The position numbers and the translations under genes were made by a program. From assembly GCF_000172995.2 (NCBI RefSeq), contig NC_014729.1, positions 2,100,001-2,132,000 on the forward strand: a stretch of DNA of 32,000 nt, given 5' to 3'. Shown here one piece after another: positions 24,828 through 32,000 of the stretch. The first letter of the stretch is position 1. Each line of letters starts with the position of its first letter. Below the pieces are notes generated by a model that was not told where the DNA came from, searched no databases, and saw only the letters and a program-made list of their open reading frames with translations. The stretch is from Halogeometricum borinquense DSM 11551. Lineage in GTDB: Archaea; Halobacteriota; Halobacteria; Halobacteriales; Haloferacaceae.

Positions 24828-24832
24828 ACGAG

Positions 24833-25438
24833 TTACTCGAACGTCTTCTCGCCGGCGCGAATCGGTACGTTGAGCCAGTTTTCCATCGGGACGAGCGGAC
24901 ATTCGTACTGTTCGTTGTAGGCGCAAAACGGGTTGTACGCGTAGTTAAAGTCGAGTACCCACGCGTCTCCCTCGCGGTCGTCCGGATCCTCCAAATCCAA
25001 GTATCGCCCGGCACCGTACGTCTCGTCACCGCTGGTCTCGTCTCGGAACGGCACCCACAGACGGTTCGACTCGGGTTCAGAACGGTACGCGTCGAGGCGT
25101 ACGGACTCTCCGTTTCGCTCAAACGCGAACGACCCCCAGACGAGATAGTCGCGTTCTCCGTCGGTCGTCGTCGAGACCGTGATTGTCTCTTTCGTGTCGT
25201 ACTCGTCGAGTTCGGTGACGATGCGGTAGGACTGGTCAGGTTCGAAGTACGACAGCCCGTCGAACGACTCACGGTCTGCGGCCGAAAGTGGCGATTGCGG
25301 GTCGTCAGCGAAGAACTCGTCTTTGTGAGCGCGATGGGTCAACAAGGCCTCGCGCCACGCCTCGGTGTCGGGCGAACCCATGCGCGCTCGTACGTCGCGG
25401 AATGACTTGAACGCAGTCGCCGTCTGCGCGGCGTTCAC
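24833..25438 (-). CDS. DUF1684 domain protein
   Basis: KDEFFADDPQSPL, LSYFEPDQSYR, LWVPFRDETSGDETYGAGRYLD and FNYAYNPFCAYNEQYECPLVPMENWL are DUF1684 hallmarks. GTG start at 25438; ATG 25381 is an alternative. Confidence 0.85.
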   Translation of the reverse strand: MNAAQTATAFKSFRDVRARMGSPDTEAWREALLTHRAHKDEFFADDPQSPLSAADRESFDGLSYFEPDQSYRIVTELDEYDTKETITVSTTTDGERDYLVWGSFAFERNGESVRLDAYRSEPESNRLWVPFRDETSGDETYGAGRYLDLEDPDDREGDAWVLDFNYAYNPFCAYNEQYECPLVPMENWLNVPIRAGEKTFE

Positions 25439-25516
25439 ACGACCGAACGGAGAGTAGAGCAGAATGGAAAGAACGAGTCGGAGAGAAGAGCGAGTCAGAA
25501 ACGGATCGAAGACGGG

Positions 25517-26329
25517 TCAGAACCGGACAGGAACGTCGCGATCGTCGAGATACTCCTTTACGTCCTGTATCGAGTACTCGTCGAAGTGGAAGATAGAGGC
25601 GGCAAGCCCGGCGTCTGCGCCTGCTTCGGTGAACACCTCGTACATGTCCTCGGGACCGCCACACCCTGACGAGGCGATGACCGGTGTCGAAACTTCGTCA
25701 CAGACGGCCTTCGTGAGTGGTACGTCGTAGCCGTCTTTCGTTCCGTCGGCGTCGATGGAGTTGACGAACAGTTCGCCCGCGCCTCGGGATTCAGCCTCGC
25801 TCGCCCACTCGACCACGTCGATGTCGGTTCCTTCGCGGCCGCCCTTGACGGTACACTCGAACCAACAGGATTCGCCGTCTACCTCGGCGTAGTACTCGCC
25901 CGCCTCGTCGTAGCGGCGTCGGGCGTCCACCGAAATGACGATGCACTGCGATCCGAAGGCGCGCGCGCCCTCGTTCACTAAGTCGGGGTTTTGGAGCGCC
26001 GCCGTGTTGATAGACACTTTATCGGCCCCTGCGCGGAGCGTCTCTTTGATGTCTTCGCGGGTGCGGATGCCGCCACCGACGGTCAGTGGGATGAACACCT
26101 CGTCCGCAACACGTGAGACGGTGTCCAGCATCGTTTCGCGCCCTTCGGCGGAGGCGGTGATATCGAGAAAGACGAACTCGTCGGCACCGGCCTCGTTGTA
26201 CAGTTTAGCCATCTCTACCGGGTCACCGGTGTACTGTAAGTCCTCGAAGTTGACGCCGGTGTAGACGGCAGGCTCTCCGTCCTCGTTCAGATCGACGTCG
26301 ATACAGGGGATAATTCGCTTCGTAAGCAT
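25517..26329 (-). CDS. hisF: Imidazole glycerol phosphate synthase cyclase subunit
   Basis: [12 protein letters not shown]..., [33 protein letters not shown] and the full (beta/alpha)8 pattern. Confidence 0.97.
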   Translation of the reverse strand: MLTKRIIPCIDVDLNEDGEPAVYTGVNFEDLQYTGDPVEMAKLYNEAGADEFVFLDITASAEGRETMLDTVSRVADEVFIPLTVGGGIRTREDIKETLRAGADKVSINTAALQNPDLVNEGARAFGSQCIVISVDARRRYDEAGEYYAEVDGESCWFECTVKGGREGTDIDVVEWASEAESRGAGELFVNSIDADGTKDGYDVPLTKAVCDEVSTPVIASSGCGGPEDMYEVFTEAGADAGLAASIFHFDEYSIQDVKEYLDDRDVPVRF

Positions 26330-26680
26330 TCGCTACTGAATCGTTGGCGAAAGAGCCGTTTCACCGTTTCGACTGTCGTCGTTTTTGCAACAGGTCGCTA
26401 CGTACGGTCACGCCCATAGAACGTTGACACAGACATCAAACGCCGAAGGGCGCTGTTATGGCGAGGGTTCAAATACGAATCCGAAGCCAGATCCCGGCGT
26501 GACCTGACCGAAACCACGGCGCGGACCGCGGGTGTGCGACACACCGCGTCGTGAGTGACTGTGTCGCCTGTTCGCCAACTGGGATCGGCGCTAACTCGTT
26601 AGTGGAGACGTACTTAGGGTTCGGTGCGTATCCGCCGGGATTCAGATGTTCTTTTATGCAGGGGTACCAACCGTTCGACC

Positions 26681-26875
26681 ATGGCTGACGAGAAGATAGA
26701 GAACCCGAGCGACCAGTTCGAGAGCGACCACGACCAAGGCGACCACCACCACGAGTCCGATGATGGGCGTGTCACGTCTCCGATGCAGGAGTTTTCGAGT
26801 GGCAAAGCGATGACCGGTCTCGTCGTCCTCGCTGTCGGTCTCGCCGTCATCTTCGGGCTTCCGCTCGTACTCTGA
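26681..26875 (+). CDS. Small His/Asp-rich protein with a C-terminal TM anchor (64 aa)
   Basis: ATG at 26681. MADEKIENPSDQFESDHDQGDHHHESDDGRVTSPMQEFSSGKAMTGLVVLAVGLAVIFGLPLVL. Coding status rests only on the frame and composition. Confidence 0.45.
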   Translation: MADEKIENPSDQFESDHDQGDHHHESDDGRVTSPMQEFSSGKAMTGLVVLAVGLAVIFGLPLVL

Positions 26876-27014
26876 GATGGACAGCCCTTCTCGGCAATCA
26901 CTCCATCCCACATAGCGATTGCCGGTATCGGTGCAATCACGCTTCGAAGAACCGGCAATTTGTACGAGATTCCGCTTCCACATGCGTTTTGATGTGGGCG
27001 AATCAATAACGACT

Positions 27015-27983
27015 GTGAAATCTATTGTTGTCACCGAGTTCGGCAGCAGCAGCGTCCTTGAAGTTCAAGAGACCGAGATACCGGAACCCGGTCCCGGAGA
27101 GGTTCGAATCGATGTGGCCGCTACAGGCCTCAATTTTGCGGACGTGATGCAACGCCGCGGACACTACCGCGGCGGTCCGGAGCCACCGTTCGTGCCGGGG
27201 ATGGAAGCCGCCGGAACGATCGACGCCGTGGGTGAAGGTGTTGACCGAGAGGTTGGCGACCGAGTGGTCGCACTCACCAACGGGGCGTACGCCGAGTACG
27301 CCACCGCGTACGAACAGTCGCTGTTCGAGGTCCCCGAATCCATGTCGTTCGCGGAGGCCGCTGGATTCCCCGTCCAGTTCCTCACCGCGTACAACTGTCT
27401 TCACAACTGGGGCGACCTAACGGCAAACGACCGCGTCCTGATTCACGCTTCGGCGGGCGGCGTCGGCACGGCGGCCGTCCAGTTAGCCGACCACGCTGAC
27501 GCGGAATCGTTCGGGACCGCCAGCACGCAGGAGAAACTGGATCTCGCATCGGATCTCGGTCTCGACCACGGGATCAATTACGAGGAGACGGACTTCCGCG
27601 AAGTCATCGACGAGGAGACCGACGGCGAGGGCGTTGATCTCGTTCTCGACGGCGTGAACGGTGAGACGTTCGACCGCAGTCTCGACGCACTCTCGCACTT
27701 CGGCCGCGTCGTCGTCTACGGTGCCGCCTCAGGCGACATTGCGAAACCCGACACGACGCGACTACTGTTCGAGAACAAATCCGTCCTCGGGTTCCACCTC
27801 GGCAACGCCATCGAGAAGGACCCTTCACGCGTCCTCGGGTCGGTCAGCGAACTCCAACGACTCCTCGCACAGGACGAACTCGAAGTCATCGTCGGGGAGA
27901 CGTTCGATCTCGAAGACGCAAAAGACGCACAGGAGTACCTCGAAGGGCGGCAGAGCGTCGGAAAAGTCGTCCTCGAACCGTAA
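27015..27983 (+). CDS. NADPH:quinone oxidoreductase / zeta-crystallin-type medium-chain dehydrogenase
   Basis: GPGEVRIDVAATGLNFADVMQRRGHY and the NADPH fold IHASAGGVGTAAVQLA, with C-terminal GKVVLEP. The GTG 27015 start (VKSIVVTEFG) fits the family N-terminus. ATG 26982 is the alternative. Confidence 0.9.
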   Translation: MKSIVVTEFGSSSVLEVQETEIPEPGPGEVRIDVAATGLNFADVMQRRGHYRGGPEPPFVPGMEAAGTIDAVGEGVDREVGDRVVALTNGAYAEYATAYEQSLFEVPESMSFAEAAGFPVQFLTAYNCLHNWGDLTANDRVLIHASAGGVGTAAVQLADHADAESFGTASTQEKLDLASDLGLDHGINYEETDFREVIDEETDGEGVDLVLDGVNGETFDRSLDALSHFGRVVVYGAASGDIAKPDTTRLLFENKSVLGFHLGNAIEKDPSRVLGSVSELQRLLAQDELEVIVGETFDLEDAKDAQEYLEGRQSVGKVVLEP

Positions 27984-28009
27984 ACGGTTCGCTTAGGTAA
28001 CCGATTCGC

Positions 28010-30169
28010 TTAGTCGAGTTCCTGTGCGAGAACGTCGCGCAGGTCCGCTATTTCTTCGACGCCGTAATCGAGTTCGTTCCCTTCCACGGAGAGCGACAGC
28101 GTGCCGTCCTCTGTCGCCTTCCCGAGCGTCGTCACAGGAGCGACGCCGTCGAACGCCTCACGAACCGCGTCAGCGTCTGTCGTCTCCACGACGGCGCGGC
28201 CGGGCGTCTCATCGAACAGTGCAGAAACGCTCTCGACGGTCACATCCGCACCGGCGTCGTCGGTGACCATCTCAGCGAGTGAGACTGCGAGTCCGCCGTG
28301 GTTCACCTCGTGGACGGCAAGCGTCGTCTCAGCGTCGGCGACATCGGCCAGCGTCGCCAGTACGTCCGAGGCGTTCTCGGGCAGTTCGGGGAAGGCGTCC
28401 GAGCCACCCATCTGTGCGAGGTACTCGGACCCGCCGAGTGCGCCACCGGACGCGCCGACAACAAGAAGTTCTCCCTCACCCGCGAATGCGGCGGGCGGTG
28501 CGTCGTACCCGGCTTTCGTCCCGACGACGGCCAGCGTCGGCGTCGGCGGAATCGGGCCGGAGACGGAGTCGTTGTACAGTGAGACGTTCCCGCCGACGAC
28601 GGGGACAGAAAGATCCCGGCACATGTCGGCGAGACCGTCTACGATACCTTTGAAACCGCCGTACACATCCGGTTTCTCGGGGTTACCGCCGTTGAGACAG
28701 TCCACGGCCGCGAGCGGAGTGGCACCTTTCGCGGCGAGGTTCGTCGCGTTCTCTAAGGCGACCGCGCGTGCGCCGTCGTACGGTGCGCACGTCGTCCAGT
28801 TGGGATTTGCACCCGAAGAGATGGCGAGACCGGCGTTGGCTTCCCGGATCGCCATCACTGCGGCATCGTCGCCGGGACGGACCGCCGTTCGAAGACCAAC
28901 TTCGTGATCGTACTGGCGGTACACCCAGCGCTTCGATGCCGTGTTCGGTGCGCCGACGACCGCCTCAAACGCCTCCGTGAGATCCGTATCGGGCAGATCG
29001 CGGGACGGTTGCTCGGGTTCGGACGAGCCGAGGTCGTTCATCGGCGCGCCGTCGGCGAGGAACTCCGGCGGCACGTCTACGACGGTTTCACCCTCGAAGG
29101 TGCAGACGTAGTTGCCCTCTGCCACCTCTCCGATAACCGAACAGCCGAGGTCGTACTTCTCTGCGATGTCGGCGACCTGCTCGACGTTCTCCTCGCGGAC
29201 CTCGTAGCACATCCGCTCTTGGGACTCAGCGAGGAGGATTTCGAGGGCGCTCATGTTCGGTTCGCGTTGGTGGACGCGGTCCAGTTCGATCTCCGCGCCG
29301 AACCCGCCTTTGGCGACGAGTTCGGAGGATGCGCCGCCGAGTCCGGCGGCACCGAGGTCGCGGGCGGCCTCGACGAGGTTCGCTTCGACGAGTTCCTCGT
29401 TGGCTTCGATCAGCAGTTTCTCCGAGTAGGGGTCGCCGACTTGGACCGCGGGGCGGTCCTCCGTTTCGGCGTCCTCCGCGAGATCCTCACTAGCGAAAGA
29501 TGCCCCGCCGAGACCATCACGGCCCGTCGCGTTGCCGACGAGGACGAGTTTGTTACCCGCCGACTGAGCTTCCGCGGTGACAAGTCGGTCCGCATCGAGA
29601 AGACCGACGCAAGCGACGTTGACGAGGGGGTTGCCCTCGTAGTTCTCGTGGAACTCGACGCTCCCCGCAACAGTGGGCACGCCGATGGCGTTCCCGTAGT
29701 CAGCGATACCCTCCACGACACCTTCGAGGAGGTAGCGGGAGTGTTCGCGGTCGAAATCACCGAAGTAGAGACTGTCTGCGAGGGCGATGGGGTACGCACC
29801 CATCGAAAGCGTGTCGCGGACGATGCCGCCCACGCCGGTCGCAGCGCCGTCGTACGGGTCCACGTACGACGGGTGGTTGTGACTCTCGATACCCATCGTA
29901 ATGTACGTCTCCGTTTCAGCGTCGTCGCTGTCTGTCTCGTCGCTCGCTTCGGCCGCGTCGTACGACGGCAGGCGGACGACGGCAGCGTCGTCGCCGGGTC
30001 CGACGACCACTTGGTCGCCCTCCGACGAGAACGCCGACAGGAGGGGGCGCGATGACCGATACGCGCAGTGTTCGCTCCAGAGGTTCTCGAAGAGTACCGT
30101 CTCCGCCGATGTCGGGTCGCGTCCGAGTTCGGCCACGACGAGTTCGCGGTCCGCGTCGGAAAGACTCAT
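28010..30169 (-). CDS. purL: Phosphoribosylformylglycinamidine synthase subunit II
   Basis: [40 protein letters not shown] and VQVGDP. Length 719 aa. Confidence 0.97.
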   Translation of the reverse strand: MSLSDADRELVVAELGRDPTSAETVLFENLWSEHCAYRSSRPLLSAFSSEGDQVVVGPGDDAAVVRLPSYDAAEASDETDSDDAETETYITMGIESHNHPSYVDPYDGAATGVGGIVRDTLSMGAYPIALADSLYFGDFDREHSRYLLEGVVEGIADYGNAIGVPTVAGSVEFHENYEGNPLVNVACVGLLDADRLVTAEAQSAGNKLVLVGNATGRDGLGGASFASEDLAEDAETEDRPAVQVGDPYSEKLLIEANEELVEANLVEAARDLGAAGLGGASSELVAKGGFGAEIELDRVHQREPNMSALEILLAESQERMCYEVREENVEQVADIAEKYDLGCSVIGEVAEGNYVCTFEGETVVDVPPEFLADGAPMNDLGSSEPEQPSRDLPDTDLTEAFEAVVGAPNTASKRWVYRQYDHEVGLRTAVRPGDDAAVMAIREANAGLAISSGANPNWTTCAPYDGARAVALENATNLAAKGATPLAAVDCLNGGNPEKPDVYGGFKGIVDGLADMCRDLSVPVVGGNVSLYNDSVSGPIPPTPTLAVVGTKAGYDAPPAAFAGEGELLVVGASGGALGGSEYLAQMGGSDAFPELPENASDVLATLADVADAETTLAVHEVNHGGLAVSLAEMVTDDAGADVTVESVSALFDETPGRAVVETTDADAVREAFDGVAPVTTLGKATEDGTLSLSVEGNELDYGVEEIADLRDVLAQELD

Positions 30170-30288
30170 TCATTGATGTGGTCAGAACGCAGGCGGTAAG
30201 TTCTTTCTATATGCACGAACGTGACTAAAAACGGAGTGGCCGCGGAAACAGCGGGTCGCACCGGGAACCGACGGGTGTCCCGATCCGA

Positions 30289-30717
30289 TCACGCCGGGTA
30301 CGGCGGCGACTCGGCCTTGATTATCTCGGAGATGTCGTGCATCTCGTCTTCGAGGAGGACGAGCAGGTCGTCCATCGTGACGATGCCCGAGAGCTTCCCT
30401 TCTTCTGCGACGGGAACCCGTCGGACGCCGTGTTCGCGCATAGCGCGGCAGAGTTCCATCACGCCCATGTCGCCGTCGGCGGTGAACGGTTTGGGACTCA
30501 TCACGTCGCGGGCGAACGCTTCCCGGTCGCGGCCTTCACCAAGGATCTTCAACGCGAGGTCACGGTCGGTGACGATTCCCTCGATATGGCCGTCCGTCTC
30601 GATCACGACGGAACCGACCTTCTTCGACGCCATCGTCTTTGCGAGTTCGTTGACTGGCGTGTCCGGACGTGCGCTTACGACCTCTCCTTTCGAACGTGCG
30701 ATGTCTCGTACTGGCAT
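30289..30717 (-). CDS. CBS domain pair protein
   Basis: ORF trimmed to the ATG at 30717 (MPVRDIARSKGEVVSARPDTPV...). It has two CBS repeats (VGSVVIETDGHIEGIVTDRDL and VRRVPVAEEGKLSGIVTMDDL). Confidence 0.85.
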   Translation of the reverse strand: MPVRDIARSKGEVVSARPDTPVNELAKTMASKKVGSVVIETDGHIEGIVTDRDLALKILGEGRDREAFARDVMSPKPFTADGDMGVMELCRAMREHGVRRVPVAEEGKLSGIVTMDDLLVLLEDEMHDISEIIKAESPPYPA

Positions 30718-30915
30718 TTCAGTTTCCCCCGGTTCGACTCGGTGACAACCACTGTCATTTCCGAGTCTCGCCACGTAGAAATAGGCGGTCTACCCCCAAA
30801 TAGCCGTGTTACAGACCGCTGTCACCTCGCCCCGGCCGATTGCCGTCGGACGCACCAAGACGGGTCGTCGGGGCGGACCGCGCGGTTTTTCTAACCGGGG
30901 TGTCAACCTCCGCCT

Positions 30916-31599
30916 GTGTTATCGGTCGAGTTGCACGCGCATTCGTCGCTCTCGTACGACGCCCGTGACCCGATAGAACTCCTCCTCGAACAGGCGGAGG
31001 CAGTCGGTCTCGACGCTCTTGCGGTCACAGACCACGACGAGATAGACGCAAGCCTTCAAGCCGCCGACATCGCCGAAGACTACGGCTTGGTCGGCATCCC
31101 GGGGATGGAAGTAACCTCTGCGGCAGGTCACATCCTCGCGCTCGGCATCAACGAACTGATTCCGGCCGGTCTGTCATACGACGAGACGCTGGACCGGATC
31201 AGAGAGCAGGGCGGTATCGCCGTCATCCCGCACCCGTTTCAGTCCTCGCGGCACGGCGTCGCCCCTCACATCACTCGGACGCAACTCGCTGCTGCGGACG
31301 CCATCGAAGTGTACAACTCGCGGCTGTTTACCGGGCGGTCGAACCGAAAAGCAGACCGGTTCGCTACGGCCCGCGAACTCCCGAAAACGGCCGGAAGCGA
31401 CGCCCACATTAGTGAGATGGTCGGGCAGGCAGTTACGGAAGTTGCCACCGACGACCGGTCTGAAAGCGGGATCCTCGACGCAATCACCGACGGGCAGACC
31501 AGCGTCGTCGGCAGCAAGACGCCGTGGCGCATCTCGTTCAAACAGTTCGGCGGCGGAGTCACCCGTCGCGTGAGACGCGGCGTCTTTGAGTTGCTCTGA
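30916..31599 (+). CDS. PHP-domain metal-dependent phosphoesterase
   Basis: VELHAHSSLSYDA, ALAVTDHDE, GMEVTSAAGHILALG, PHPF and GSDAH are PHP motifs. GTG start at 30916, with TATA-like ggtttttcta about 25 nt upstream. Confidence 0.85.
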   Translation: MLSVELHAHSSLSYDARDPIELLLEQAEAVGLDALAVTDHDEIDASLQAADIAEDYGLVGIPGMEVTSAAGHILALGINELIPAGLSYDETLDRIREQGGIAVIPHPFQSSRHGVAPHITRTQLAAADAIEVYNSRLFTGRSNRKADRFATARELPKTAGSDAHISEMVGQAVTEVATDDRSESGILDAITDGQTSVVGSKTPWRISFKQFGGGVTRRVRRGVFELL

Positions 31600-32000
31600 T
31601 GCTCCGCGGTGCCGACGAGACGACGGTTCGAGCTGCTATCGAGTCGAGCGACCCGCTTTCCGGTACCGCCGGGTTCGCGGGCGAACTAAACGGCACACTC
31701 GTCCGCGACGTACTCGGTCGGCAGCCGCTCTTTTCGGAACGCAATGATCCCGAAACGTGGGCGTTCGACCGCCGCGAACTCGCGGATCCCGTCCGCGTGC
31801 CGGCGGGGACGCGCCGAACCGACGACGGCGACAAACGGGTGTGGTCGTTGCCGACGCCCGCTCCCGAGACGGACCGCGAAGCCGCGCTTGCGAACGTCGA
31901 GTCGGCAGTCCACGGCGCAGTTCAAAACGTCGAGAGCGAGGGCCTTGCCGTGGCGTTCTCCGGCGGCGTAGACTCAGCCGTCGTTGCCGCGGGCGTGCCT
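31599..32000 (+). CDS. Asparagine-synthase-like PP-loop protein lacking the N-terminal Cys nucleophile (5-prime partial; continues beyond the window)
   Basis: The ATG at 31599 overlaps the PHP stop by 1 nt (TGATG). There are 134 open codons to the window end, so the ORF is not in the track. The translation is MLRGADETT...VLGRQPLFSE...LAVAFSGGVDSAVVAAG. It contains the SGGxDS PP-loop and an RD-x-x-G-x-x-PL AsnB-like motif. Confidence 0.7.
   Translation, partial: MLRGADETTVRAAIESSDPLSGTAGFAGELNGTLVRDVLGRQPLFSERNDPETWAFDRRELADPVRVPAGTRRTDDGDKRVWSLPTPAPETDREAALANVESAVHGAVQNVESEGLAVAFSGGVDSAVVAAGVP

Noticed and set aside
26465-26482. A tRNA-like T-arm sequence, GGGTTCAAATACGAATCC.
   Set aside because: No acceptor, D or anticodon arms can be drawn around it, and the T-stem is interrupted by an insertion. 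At best it is a decayed fragment.
28904-30055. A 383-aa ORF antisense to purL. Similar long antisense or shadow ORFs occur at 11996-12919, 5400-6419, 2454-3518, 8734-9780, 16488-17225, 21161-21772, 14798-15364 and 1702-2319.
   Set aside because: All lie opposite or out of frame to genes with strong family motifs. Their translations are Arg/Ser/Pro/Gly-rich with no motifs. This is the expected stop-codon-poor artefact of high-GC DNA.
1-32000. Whole-window scan for CRISPR arrays, IS elements or transposases, integrases, toxin-antitoxin pairs, restriction-modification genes or other defence genes.
   Set aside because: No repeat-spacer array, terminal inverted repeats with a transposase, or recognisable defence or mobility protein motifs were seen. 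The region reads as core chromosome.

Overview
This is a high-GC haloarchaeal (Halobacteria-type) chromosomal segment. The evidence is strongly acidic predicted proteins, a twin-arginine lipobox signal, TATA-like boxes about 25-30 nt upstream of start codons (leaderless-type genes), and an archaeal tRNA and 7S RNA. It reads as a densely packed core-genome region. I support about 34 protein genes, an SRP (7S) RNA at about 9780-10080 and tRNA-Gly(UCC) at 11640-11710. Both RNAs lie under long spurious ORFs in the supplied track. Recognisable housekeeping genes are purL, hisF, rpoL, dps, a thiolase/DUF35 pair, an Old Yellow Enzyme flavin oxidoreductase, a nitrilase-superfamily hydrolase, a quinone oxidoreductase, a TrxR-like flavoprotein and a Trm9-like methyltransferase. 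A three-gene PilB/PilC-type type IV filament assembly operon spans 13877-18508. Two genes run off the window edges and are absent from the ORF track because they have no in-window stop: an LTD/PLD-like secreted protein at 1-819 (-) and an AsnB-like PP-loop protein at 31599-32000 (+). I found no CRISPR array, IS element, integrase, toxin-antitoxin pair or recognisable defence genes, and no convincing novel multi-gene system. The candidates most worth a second look are listed here. (1) The pilin-less pilBC module with its leading membrane protein. (2) A structured AT-rich 367-bp gap at 19859-20225, a possible sRNA. (3) A divergent UDG-superfamily protein lacking canonical motifs. (4) An Arg/Asp-rich disordered protein. 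(5) A membrane-anchored J-domain protein within a four-gene envelope cluster. (6) A translationally coupled PHP / Cys-less AsnB-like pair. (7) Short tRNA-end duplications flanking tRNA-Gly. All functional calls come from reading motifs by eye; no searches were run.
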